Positions 1 to 9,867 of a DNA stretch of 64,000 nucleotides are shown here, in pieces. Source of the DNA: Candidatus Hydrogenedentota bacterium. Its GTDB lineage: Bacteria; Hydrogenedentota; Hydrogenedentia; Hydrogenedentales; SLHB01. The translations under genes and the position numbers were made by a program. Position 1 is the stretch's first letter, and each line of letters opens with the position of its first letter. The notes under the pieces were generated by a model that worked only from the letters and a program-made list of their open reading frames with translations, searched no databases and had not been told where the DNA came from. Where the stretch lies: positions 96,001 to 160,000 of the forward strand of contig CAVUWV010000024.1 of NCBI GenBank assembly GCA_963745075.1, written 5' to 3'.

Positions 1-2
1 CT

Positions 3-680
3 CATCACACGGGCAAGTTCCCGAAGAACATCGATTTCAGCGTTCACGACCCCGAGCTGCGCAGGAATTTCGAAATCTACTCCGGACACGGCCTCAGCGA
101 AGCCTACAATCCGGACCATCCGCTGTCCTTTGAACACAGTTGGTTCACGTCAGATTCGGTCAGCAAGAAAGAGCCGTCCTACGCCCAAGACGTGTGGGCC
201 CGTGGCATCTACCTTTCCACCGTGGCCTCGTCGGACGACCACCGCGCGCAGCCGGGTAAGCCCTTCTATGGTCTCACTGCCGTTCGTGCCACGGATCGAA
301 CTCGCGACGCCGTCTTCCAGGCCTTGTACGACCGCCGCACCTACGGGACCACCGGCGCCAAGATTATCCTCGACTTCACGCTTAACGGCCAACCCATGGG
401 CTCCATTCTGGATTCCGCCGACATCGCCAAAATCCAGATACAAGCGATCGGCACGGATATCATCTCCAGCGTAGAACTTCTCCGCCACCAACCCGGGGAG
501 GATGCTTTCACCGTCATCCAATCCTGGGAACCCGATGCGCTCGAGTTTTCGGGCGGGTTCGTAGACGAAGCCTGCGCCCCCGGCAGCGTGTACTACATGC
601 GGTTGCGCCAGGCTAACGACATCGGAGGCCGCATTGTTATGGCGTGGTCCTCGCCCATCTGGATACGAGGCAACGGCTAA
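3..680 (+). CDS. DUF3604/PHP-like metallohydrolase, C-terminal part (truncated by window edge)
   Basis: Frame is open from base 3: HHTG...EIYSGHG...SSDDH..QPG...GLTAV...RRTYGTTG...YYMRLRQ...AWSSPIW, all typical of DUF3604/CehA-McbA proteins. Confidence 0.75.
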   Translation, partial: HHTGKFPKNIDFSVHDPELRRNFEIYSGHGLSEAYNPDHPLSFEHSWFTSDSVSKKEPSYAQDVWARGIYLSTVASSDDHRAQPGKPFYGLTAVRATDRTRDAVFQALYDRRTYGTTGAKIILDFTLNGQPMGSILDSADIAKIQIQAIGTDIISSVELLRHQPGEDAFTVIQSWEPDALEFSGGFVDEACAPGSVYYMRLRQANDIGGRIVMAWSSPIWIRGNG

Positions 681-682
681 AC

Positions 683-704
683 GTAGCGCAGGCGTCCCGC
701 CTGC
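683..704. repeat. GTAG-family REP-like palindrome (gtagcgcaggcgtcccgcctgc)
   Basis: GTAG tetramer followed by a GC hairpin just after a stop codon; second copy at 15845-15866. Confidence 0.65.
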
Positions 705-726
705 TTCTTGACGTAAGGAGACGACA

Positions 727-2037
727 ATGCACAACGAGATCACGCGACGGACCTTCGTCGGCACTGGTGTTGCTGTGGCAGTGGGTGCGGCCACATCCCG
801 ATCCGCGACTGCACAAGCAGCAAGCGCGAACGACAAAGTCCGCCTGGGTTTCATCGGCGTAGGCAACCGGGGCAGCCAGTTGTTGGACGCCTTTCTTGAA
901 CAGCCCGACATGGAAGTCGCCGCGATCTGCGATATCTATCAACCCTATGTGGACCGCGCGAAGAAGAGATTGGGCGACGGGGTGACCCCGTATACCGATT
1001 TTCGCAAGCTCATCGATAACAAAGACATTGATGCGGTGGTCATCGCGACGCCCGACCACTGGCACGCCATCCAATGCATTACCGCCTGCGACGCCGGAAA
1101 GGACGTCTACTGCGAGAAGCCCCTGTCCATCACCATCCACGAAGGACGCCGCATGGTCGAGGCCGCGCGCCGCAACGATCGCGTGGTCCAAGTCGGCACC
1201 CACCGGCGCTCCTCACCGCTCTATCACCGCCTGGCGGAAATCGTGCAAAGTGGCAAGATCGGCTACGTCACCGTGGCGCGCTGCTACCGTTTAAGCAACA
1301 TGTACCCCGACGGCATCGGTAAGATGCCCACTTCGGAACCGCCCGCCGATCTCGATTGGGACATGTGGCTCGGCCCGCGCCCGTTCCGTCCCTATCAGGA
1401 CAACATCTGTCCCTACAACTTCCGCTGGTGGCGACAGTACTCGTCGCAAATGGGGAACTGGGGCGTCCACTACCTCGACGCGATCCGCTGGATGACCGGT
1501 GAACTCGCCCCTGCGTCGATCTGCGCCATGGGCGGCCGGTTCGTAGTCGACGACGACCGCACCATCCCCGACACGTTGGAGGCCAACTTCCAGTTCGCGT
1601 CAGGCCGTCTCGCCATCTTCGGACAATACGAAGCCAGCGGCGCGCCCGCCATGCGCAAGGGCGAGGTCGAACTGCGCGGAACGCTTGGAACGGCATATTC
1701 TTCGGGCCCGAGCTTTGAGATCGTCCCCGAGCGCGGCGGCCAGTTCCAGGATTCCGAGCCCCGCATGGAACCGATAGCCGACAAGGATTCAGGCAGCAAT
1801 GCCGACCTGACCGCGATGCACGCCCGCAACTTCCTGGATTGCGTGAAGTCCCGTGAAAAGCCCAACGCAGACGTCGAAATCGGTCACCGGTCCACGAGTT
1901 TCAGTCTGCTCGCGAACATTTCCTTGGCCACACAGTTACGCCTCGAATGGGACGCCGAAAACGAAATCATCACCAACAGCAAAGAAGCCAACGACCTGCT
2001 CCACTACGAATACCGCAAGCCGTGGACGTTGGCATAG
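727..2037 (+). CDS. Tat-exported Gfo/Idh/MocA NAD-dependent oxidoreductase
   Basis: RBS aaggag; TRRTFV twin-arginine signal; GFIGVGNRG, ATPDHWH and YCEKP motifs. Confidence 0.92.
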   Translation: MHNEITRRTFVGTGVAVAVGAATSRSATAQAASANDKVRLGFIGVGNRGSQLLDAFLEQPDMEVAAICDIYQPYVDRAKKRLGDGVTPYTDFRKLIDNKDIDAVVIATPDHWHAIQCITACDAGKDVYCEKPLSITIHEGRRMVEAARRNDRVVQVGTHRRSSPLYHRLAEIVQSGKIGYVTVARCYRLSNMYPDGIGKMPTSEPPADLDWDMWLGPRPFRPYQDNICPYNFRWWRQYSSQMGNWGVHYLDAIRWMTGELAPASICAMGGRFVVDDDRTIPDTLEANFQFASGRLAIFGQYEASGAPAMRKGEVELRGTLGTAYSSGPSFEIVPERGGQFQDSEPRMEPIADKDSGSNADLTAMHARNFLDCVKSREKPNADVEIGHRSTSFSLLANISLATQLRLEWDAENEIITNSKEANDLLHYEYRKPWTLA

Positions 2038-2051
2038 GCGAAGGTATAGTG

Positions 2052-3746
2052 ATGAATTCAGAGACAGCAGGGACGACAGAGACAGCAGGGACGACAGGGA
2101 CAGCAGGGATAGTAGTGACGACAGGGACGGCAATGACTACAACGGGGGTGGCGGCTGGGCGGATACCTGGCCCGCGCGGCTTCCTGAGTCGAGCATTCCG
2201 CTCGACTATCCCATACGTCCTATTGGTCCTATATGTCCCATTCTTCGCCGCAGCCCAAGATCTACCATCCAACACCCTCGATCTCGTCATGCGTAGCCGC
2301 GCCGAGACCCCTGAAGGCCGGCTCGACTTCACGTACAAGACCGTCCATTGGGACCCCAAAAAGACCGCCATCATCGTGTGCGACATGTGGAATACCCTCC
2401 GCGCCGACGTGGTAGCCGCGCGAGTGGGGGAGATGGCCCCGCGCATGAACGAAGTGCTGAACGCCGCCCGCGCCCGCGGCGTTACTATCGTTCACGCGCC
2501 CAGCGGCTGCATGGACTACTACGCCGATTGGCCCCAGCGCAAACGTTGTTTGGACGCGCCGAAAGTGAAGACGGTCGTTCCCCTGCAATGGAACGCCCTG
2601 AACCCCGACCGCGAGCCCCCCTTACCCATCGATGACTCCGACGGCGGTTGGGAAGGCAATGTAGTTGAAGGGCCGCCACCGCAAACCCACGAGCATGACG
2701 CCATCAAGATTGCGGACGAAGATGCCATCGGCGAAGGCGCGGAGATCTATCCCTACCTCGTCCAGCAGGGCATCGAGAATGTCATTCTTCTCGGCGTGCA
2801 CACCAACATGTGCGTGCTGGGCCGCCCTTTTGGCATTCGCCAAATGGTCTACCTCGGCAGGAACGTGGCCCTCATGCGCGACATGACGGACACGCTGTAC
2901 AACCCCGCAATGCCGCCGAAGGTCAGCCACGTGCGCGGTAAGGAACTGGTGGTGGAACACATCGAGAAGTACTGGTGTCCGACCTTCACCAGTACCGACC
3001 TGTTGCACAAACCGGCCTTTCGCCTCGCCGAGGACAAGCGGCCGCACGTCTCGTTTATCGTGAGCGACGACCACTACGACGCCGACAAAACACTGCCGCG
3101 TTTTGCTCAGCGTCTCCGCGAGAAACATGGCGTCTACTGCACCGTTCTTCACGGCCAGGGACAGCCGGATATTCCGGATCTCGCCGAACTGGAAACGACC
3201 GACGCCGTGGTTATTCTCGTTCGTAGGCTCGGCCTTCCCTCGGACCAAATCGCGGCCATCCGCGACTACGTCAACCACGGCGGCGCCGTCGTAGGCCTCC
3301 GCACTGCCAGCCACGCCTTCAAGATGAACTACAAAGATCCCCCGGGCTTCCAGGTTCCCGAAGACCATGCAGAATGGCCGGACTTCGACGCAGAAGTTCT
3401 GGGCGGTAACTACCACAATCACGGCCCGAACGAGCTCGGGACGGACGTGCAAATCGTTCCCGCGATGAAGTCCCACCCCATACTCGCGAATATTCCGTCG
3501 GACACTTGGCACAGCACCGGTTCCCTCTATTTCACAAGCCCCGTTACCAAAGACGCCACCGTTCTTATGATGGGTTCCAACGGGAAGCAGACCGAACCCC
3601 TCACGTGGGTGCGGGAACACGACGGCGGACGGGTCTTCTACAGCGGCCTGGGCCACCCCGACGATTTCAATCAACCCGAATTCATCACGCTGCTGACCAA
3701 CGCGATTTTCTGGGCGATGGACAAACCTTCCCCCGAAGCCGACTGA
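2052..3746 (+). CDS. Secreted isochorismatase (cysteine hydrolase)-ThuA fusion protein; start 2052 or 2133
   Basis: TAIIVCDMW and GVHTNMCVLGRPFG (isochorismatase); GLRTASHAF, GGNYHNH and VFYSGLGHPDDF (ThuA-like); signal-like segment ending AAAQ. Confidence 0.85.
   Translation: MNSETAGTTETAGTTGTAGIVVTTGTAMTTTGVAAGRIPGPRGFLSRAFRSTIPYVLLVLYVPFFAAAQDLPSNTLDLVMRSRAETPEGRLDFTYKTVHWDPKKTAIIVCDMWNTLRADVVAARVGEMAPRMNEVLNAARARGVTIVHAPSGCMDYYADWPQRKRCLDAPKVKTVVPLQWNALNPDREPPLPIDDSDGGWEGNVVEGPPPQTHEHDAIKIADEDAIGEGAEIYPYLVQQGIENVILLGVHTNMCVLGRPFGIRQMVYLGRNVALMRDMTDTLYNPAMPPKVSHVRGKELVVEHIEKYWCPTFTSTDLLHKPAFRLAEDKRPHVSFIVSDDHYDADKTLPRFAQRLREKHGVYCTVLHGQGQPDIPDLAELETTDAVVILVRRLGLPSDQIAAIRDYVNHGGAVVGLRTASHAFKMNYKDPPGFQVPEDHAEWPDFDAEVLGGNYHNHGPNELGTDVQIVPAMKSHPILANIPSDTWHSTGSLYFTSPVTKDATVLMMGSNGKQTEPLTWVREHDGGRVFYSGLGHPDDFNQPEFITLLTNAIFWAMDKPSPEAD
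2061..2141. repeat. Degenerate 9-bp tandem array (gagacagca/gggacgaca, ~9 units)
   Basis: Directly visible 9-nt periodicity. Confidence 0.8.
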
Positions 3747-3803
3747 GGTTTTCTTGCGCGAATACGCCCCTGCGGCCAACTGAAACCGCTTCAGGTCGAG
3801 TTA

Positions 3804-3839
3804 GTCTATACTGTCCATCCAGTCCATATCGTCCATTTC
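3804..3839. repeat. 9-bp GTCCAT-core tandem array (4 units)
   Basis: gtctatact gtccatcca gtccatatc gtccatttc, intergenic. Confidence 0.65.
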
Positions 3840-3962
3840 ATCGCAGACACGACAAGTTGAAGTCCTCTTCACGCTCGGATAAGATCAGCGTTTCTCGGAA
3901 TTCCCCCGGCTACAACCGGATTTCGCGTATCATTTGACCAATTGCACGAAGGAGTTACGACC

Positions 3963-5054
3963 ATGGCAGAGCGCGTGTATAACTTTTCAGCCGGCCCGGC
4001 GACCTTGCCGTTGCCCGCCCTGGAGGAGGCCCAGAAGAATCTCTTGGTATATCCGGGGGCTGGCGCGTCCGTCATGGAAATCAGCCACCGTTCCAAGCAG
4101 TTCGCCGAGGTTTTGGCGGGAGCGAAGGAAAACGTCCAGAAACTCCTGAACCTGCCCGACAACTACAAGGTGTTGTTCGTTCAGGGCGGCGCCTCGTTGC
4201 AATTCTCCATGATTCCCATGAATTTCCTGGGGCAGGGGGAGGGTGCCGACTATATCCTCACCGGCTCGTGGGGCAACAAAGCCATCAAAGAAGCCAAGAA
4301 ACAAGGCGATGTAAGCATCGCGTGGAATGGAAAAGACGAGGGCTTCAACCGATTGCCGCAGCAGGATGAATTGCAACTGAATCCCAAGGCCGCCTATTGC
4401 CACTTCACGTCGAACGAGACCATCGAAGGCGTCGAGTTCCTCGTCGAACCCGAAACCGGCGATGTGCCTCTGATATGCGATGCGTCCTCAGACTTTCTGT
4501 CGCGGCCCTTGCCCATCGAAAAGTACGGCCTCATCTACGCCGGTGCTCAGAAGAACATCGGTCCCGCAGGCGTGGCCCTGGTAATCATCCGCGACGATCT
4601 CTTGGAATTGGTGCCGGAAGGCCTGCCGTCCGTGCTTGATTACAAGCTCACCGCCGAGAATGACTCGCTCTATAACACGCCACCGTGTTTCGCCATCTAC
4701 ATGGTCAAATTGGTGACCCAGTGGCTATTGGACGAAGTCGGCGGGTTGGACGATGTCGCCAAGTTGAACAAGAAAAAAGCGCGTCTGCTCTACACCACCA
4801 TCGACGGCAGCGGCGGGTTCTATAAGGGACACGCTCAGAAGGAAGCCCGCTCGGTCATGAACGTGACGTGGCGGTTGCCCAGCGAAGAACTCGAGGCGCA
4901 ATTCGTCAAAGAAGCCACCCAGGCCGGTCTCCACGGTCTGAAAGGCCACCGTTCCGTGGGCGGAATCCGCGCGTCGATCTACAACGCCATGTCCGTTGAA
5001 GGCGTCGAAGCCTTGGCCGACTTCATGACGGAATTTCGCGCCAAGAACTGCTAA
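3963..5054 (+). CDS. serC: Phosphoserine aminotransferase
   Basis: YNFSAGPA, MEISHRS, NETIEG, YAGAQKNIGPAG (PLP Lys), KGHRSVGGIRASIYNA; RBS gaaggag. Confidence 0.97.
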   Translation: MAERVYNFSAGPATLPLPALEEAQKNLLVYPGAGASVMEISHRSKQFAEVLAGAKENVQKLLNLPDNYKVLFVQGGASLQFSMIPMNFLGQGEGADYILTGSWGNKAIKEAKKQGDVSIAWNGKDEGFNRLPQQDELQLNPKAAYCHFTSNETIEGVEFLVEPETGDVPLICDASSDFLSRPLPIEKYGLIYAGAQKNIGPAGVALVIIRDDLLELVPEGLPSVLDYKLTAENDSLYNTPPCFAIYMVKLVTQWLLDEVGGLDDVAKLNKKKARLLYTTIDGSGGFYKGHAQKEARSVMNVTWRLPSEELEAQFVKEATQAGLHGLKGHRSVGGIRASIYNAMSVEGVEALADFMTEFRAKNC

Positions 5055-6022
5055 TGCAGTAGATGTTTCGCCGCCGCGAGTCCGGATAACGCCGCGCCTT
5101 CCACGCGAGGCCCCCCGAACGCGTCTCCCGCGAAGGCAATCGGCGCCGGTTGCGCCGTGTAGACGCACGGCGCCGGGTACACCCGTGTCGGCTGACTGTA
5201 CCGCCAGCGATGGACCTGGGAATCGACCACCTTGGCACCGAGCCACGGCTCCGCCGCCCCTATCAGCACTTCCGCCACCGACGCCGGATCTTCGTCGAAA
5301 TACTGCCGTGAAAAGTTCGGGTTTCCGTGGATCGTCACGTTGTGGTGGCCGGGTGAAATGCCCTTCGTTTCGTTGTCCGCCATCCATGCGATTCGATCGT
5401 GAGGCATGCGTATACCGCCCGGATCGGGAATCTTGCTCGGACCGTCCAGCGTGACAAGCACGGCGAAACAAGGGTCGTATTCGATCTGGTCCAAGGCGGC
5501 CTTGGCGTCACTCGGGAGCGTCGTTCCGCCGGCTTCCAGTATCTCCAACGATTGAGGCACGGGCGGCGTCAGGAGGAGACGTTTGCCCGAAAGCGCCTGA
5601 CCCTCGGCAGTCTGTAGCTTCCAACAACCTCCGTCGACGGAAGCAGCGGTCACGCCATCCGAGAGATGAATATCCAATCCTTTCGCCAGGTATTTCGGAA
5701 TAGCCGTCATGCCGGAAACGCCGCAATACCGGGGGTATCCATCCGGTTGGATGAAGCCGTCGCCGCTGGCAAATCCGTGGCCCCATTCGCGAGCGATACC
5801 CCGAGCGGCCCACTCGTCGACCAACTCCTTGAACCGGGGATCCTGTGCGGTGAAGAATTGTGCGCCGTGGTCGAAAACGCCGTCGCCCACGCGGCGCGTA
5901 GCCATGCGGCCGCCGACCCCGCGCGCTTTGTCCAGCACGACGACCATCTGCCCGTTTCTTTGCAACTCTTGTGCCGCGAGCAATCCCGCGATTCCCGCTC
6001 CAACTACAATACAATCGTGCAT
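5051..6022 (-). CDS. FAD/NAD(P)-dependent oxidoreductase, renalase-like
   Basis: VVGAGIAG, DKARGVGGRMATRR, FDHGAQFFT, HRWRYS, AGD..GGPRVEGAALSG. Confidence 0.9.
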   Translation of the reverse strand: MHDCIVVGAGIAGLLAAQELQRNGQMVVVLDKARGVGGRMATRRVGDGVFDHGAQFFTAQDPRFKELVDEWAARGIAREWGHGFASGDGFIQPDGYPRYCGVSGMTAIPKYLAKGLDIHLSDGVTAASVDGGCWKLQTAEGQALSGKRLLLTPPVPQSLEILEAGGTTLPSDAKAALDQIEYDPCFAVLVTLDGPSKIPDPGGIRMPHDRIAWMADNETKGISPGHHNVTIHGNPNFSRQYFDEDPASVAEVLIGAAEPWLGAKVVDSQVHRWRYSQPTRVYPAPCVYTAQPAPIAFAGDAFGGPRVEGAALSGLAAAKHLLH

Positions 6023-6185
6023 AGTTCCCTGATTCCTGCCGCCAAAGTTTCTTTGCTTCGCCAAAAAACTGTCCGCACTATGCCAGATCGTTCATGCGGA
6101 AAGGTAGATACTGACCCGAGAACTCCTCCCGTAACGCCATCCATAGACCGGAGCCGATTGCTACTTCGCGGCTGAGTTTTCTCGA

Positions 6186-6695
6186 TCACCGATTCATGTA
6201 CCATACGGTTGCGTTCAGCACGCCGGCAAACGCAACCCATGCCAGATACGGTGCTATGAGGGCGGCCGCGGCATTTCGGATTCGTGCGAACGCGACCAAC
6301 GTCGCGAGAATCAGCAGCCACAGTCCGATCAATTCTACCAGTGCTGCGCCGGGACTCTGCAGGCCGAAGAAGAGTACCGACCACATCAAGTTCAGGGCTA
6401 ACTGGCAAACCCACAGTCCCAGGGGAACTGCACCCTTGCGAATGCCCGACCGAAGATACACGAGCCATGCGGCCACGGCCATGAGAAAATAGAGCACCGT
6501 CCATACCGCGCCAATCACGCTGCCCGGCGGGGTCCAGGCCGGCTTGGCGATCGTCTGATACCAGGTATCGACAGAACTCGACGTGGCAATGCCGCCGACC
6601 GCCGCCGCTCCGTAGCTCATCGCGAGGAATGCGACCAGCATCGCACCATTTCGGATCAATTCTTCGGTTCGCTTCACGTCGCCCTTTTCAGCCAT
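6186..6695 (-). CDS. tspO: TspO/MBR tryptophan-rich sensory membrane protein
   Basis: WYQTIAKPAWTPP, VWTVLY, QLALNLMWS.LFF, PYLAWVAFA..LN. Confidence 0.93.
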   Translation of the reverse strand: MAEKGDVKRTEELIRNGAMLVAFLAMSYGAAAVGGIATSSSVDTWYQTIAKPAWTPPGSVIGAVWTVLYFLMAVAAWLVYLRSGIRKGAVPLGLWVCQLALNLMWSVLFFGLQSPGAALVELIGLWLLILATLVAFARIRNAAAALIAPYLAWVAFAGVLNATVWYMNR

Positions 6696-6728
6696 AGCGC
6701 GGATACCTCGCAATTGCTGGTGCGCCTG

Positions 6729-9700
6729 CTATCCCTCGTTCCACGCTGGAAGTGAAACGGTCGCCTGATAATTCGAATAATTATAGAGGGGGTTCCGTTC
6801 CGGCTTGTACAGCCGGCCATCCTTCGGGGAATCGTCTTGCGTGTACACCCAGATTTCGTGCGGGATCCCAAACGACCACTTCATCCCGGCAATCGCCCGT
6901 GATGTCAAGCACCGCATTGCACATATCGGGATGGCCGTCGGCGGGGAATCGAACCACGCGACGCCCGCGACCGTCGTACATCCCGCCATAGGTCACATTG
7001 GGCGACAGGACGAAGAATTCCTCATCACGTCCCGTCCAGTTGATCGGCAAACACATGCTCCCGTGTTGTACCGGTTCAAAGTCGTAGTAAACATCGCCGT
7101 TCGCGTCGTAGAAATGAATGATGCCCTGGTTGCCCCAGAAGTTGATGGACACGGTTTCCAGTCCCGGAAGATCATCGCGAAAGTTCGCCACTGCCGGATT
7201 CTGAACGTGGCCGAGATAGTGATGCTTGATTACGTTCCCCTGCGTATCCACGAAGAACATGCCTTCGTCGCTCGCCGCACACATGACCCGGGGGCTGTCG
7301 TCGGGCCCGTTGTACCGCACGATCGCAACGCCGTCCGCGTGGTCGTGCATCGTGTCGTCGAGAGTCCACAGCACACGGCCGTCGGGTGCGTACAACGAGT
7401 ATCCGATGGCGAGTTCCTGCTTCCCGTCTCCGTCGATGTCGTAGGCGAACGGGTAATGGCCGGTGTTGCAGGCCCCTTGCCACTCGACCTCCAAGCGGTC
7501 GGTCAACGCCCAGAAATTAAGATAACGGTCCTTCAGGATGATGTCGCTCGCGCGTCCGACCCCACGCAGGTCGCAGAAATAAATGCTGTCGCCCAGAATG
7601 CGGGGGAACTTGTTGTAGGGTTCCGGCGTGGGCGCAGGCATCAAAGGCGTCGGCTGCTTGTATTTCGTTTTGCCCGTCGCCCCGTCGGCCACGACGATTT
7701 CCATGTTCATGCAATAGACGACTTCGTTCGTTCCATCCCCATCCAGGTCGTGAATTTGAAATCCAACGTCGTTGGTCAGGTTGTCTTTCCACGGGTCCGG
7801 CTCGCCAATCTGCCAAAGCATGTCTCCGTCGAAGGTCATGGCCGTCAAACAACTCAACTCACTGTTCCGGTCTTTTGGCCCGTGATGAAGCACCTGACCG
7901 ATCAATACGTCGATCTGCCCGTCGCCGTTCAAATCGCCAAACCGAAGATTACGTCCAACCCCGAAATCCCGCGTGGTAACGCTTTTCCAGAGCACGGGCT
8001 TGGGATTCTCCGCCTGCAACCGCTGTTCCTCGGCTTCCCGTGCGTGCTTCTCCTGCTGAAGCGCTTCAAAGGAGGCATCATTCGTCGTCACGGTTACGTG
8101 TGTATACCGTGCAGGAGGATCCGACATCAGCCCAATTCCGCCCCGCGGAAAGCTGTCGTCTTCCGCCACTAGTGTCAACGTGTCATTCATCGATGCAGTT
8201 ATCCGAGCACCGCGTGCTGTAACGACGGCGTCGAAATACTTGCCGGGCTTCCACGCGAAAGTCTGCTCCGCCAGCACCATTTCCGCAGGCGTACGAAACG
8301 CCGTCGCGTCTTGGACGCGAAGCAGGACCGCCCGTTCACCCTCCACGCCGAAAAAGTAGTAGTTCCGGTCGTTGTGCATGCGGAATGTGACACCGCTCCG
8401 GCCTTTGTCGTCATCCGGCGCGAACCGCACCGACACGGTGTAATCGGTCCAGAGCGGGTCTCCCGTGGTGACCAGTGGGTGCGTGTGTTTTGACTTATTG
8501 CGGTACGTCTGGGCGAGCACGGCGTCTTCGTTCTCACGGATTACCTTCCACGCAAGTTGCGACGCGGGGGATGATGTAAACGCGGAGACCGACCATCCCG
8601 CTTTGGGTTCTGTTTCCCGGACGTAATGGTATTCCGCGTGGGCCCCGACCACGCCGAACAAGTTGCCCGGCGAAAGTCGATCAAATCCATCATCCAGTAA
8701 CGTGACGTTTTTTGACTCGACTTTACCGACGGCGTCGGCGGGATCGGATTCAGTATCCGGAACGACCGCACCGGCAAGCAAAGCGATCGCGCGATTCATT
8801 TCACAATCCGGGTTGCCGCCATCCAATTTACCCCAGTTGCCTTGCGCCGAAGCGAGCACCAGGTTGAGACTCGGAATGATAACCGAGCAGTTCCCGCCGA
8901 ACCCGATAGACATAAACGTGTCGGCCGGTGCGTCCGGCCACGTCATCGCGTCCGGGTGAAGCCGCCCTTTGCCGTTGAACCACCAATTAAATCCGTAAAT
9001 GCCCGCGCCAAACTTCGTGAAGTGGTCGGAGCCTCCACCGTACGAGCCGATGCCGAGGTAATCGTTCGTGTCCGCATCTTTTGTGTGCGGCAGGTCGAAC
9101 GGCGTCTGCGGTTTCATGTACTCATCGAAGAACCGGGCGGGGAGCACTTGCCGTTCGCCCCATTTGCCACGGTTCAACCAGAACCAGGCAATTCGCGCGA
9201 AGTCCCGCACCGACGCTTTGAGTCGTCGTTTCTCTGCGATGAAGTGCAGGCCATCTTCCAGTTGAAGAGCCCCGAACCGCTCCGGCACCGCAGCAATCGC
9301 GTCTGGATCGCCCTGAAACACTTTGTCGAACAGCGTCTTTTGATAAAGCTGAATGGCGAAATCGTTGTACGCCCACGCCGCGCCGGGCGGGTCGGGCCGT
9401 GCGTAGCCGCTCGTCATGGCGCCGAGATGACGAAACGTGATCCCCTGATCTTTGCCTATCAGCGGCCACCCGAACTCGATGATGGGCTGGTCGACGCTCT
9501 TTACCTTGCCTTCCTGGATGGTGAAGAAGAGCAGGGTACTCAGTACTGGCTTCGCCGACGAGAGCCAATCACTTCGTTCCGCCTGGTCCCCCCAGGTCTT
9601 GACCACATAGCCGTCTTTTACAACACATCCCCGACCGCCCAATGCCGATGCCAACGCATCCAAAGCGTCCGCGTCCATGCCCGCCTCCTGGGGCGTGTGC

Positions 9701-9801
9701 GTCTCCCAGTGCTCGCCTGGAAAGTGATTGGCGCGCGCAGCGACGTTAACGGCAGCGACTACGAGTAGCGACAACAGCAGACGAGGCACTTCGTCAGTCA
9801 T
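6729..9801 (-). CDS. Secreted multidomain protein: beta-lactamase-like serine hydrolase + beta-sandwich + Ca-binding FG-GAP/PL11-like propeller; frameshift near 6863
   Basis: Signal peptide; SSAK (SxxK) and AYND; repeated DxxGDG motifs; removing one C at WDP joins the C-terminus HEIWVYTQD...YNYSNY ending at 6729. Confidence 0.75.
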
Positions 9802-9867
9802 TTCCTGGATTCCTTTCTCAACGGGGATCGTTACAAACCGGTGCGCGAATCGATCGTAGTGGACGGC

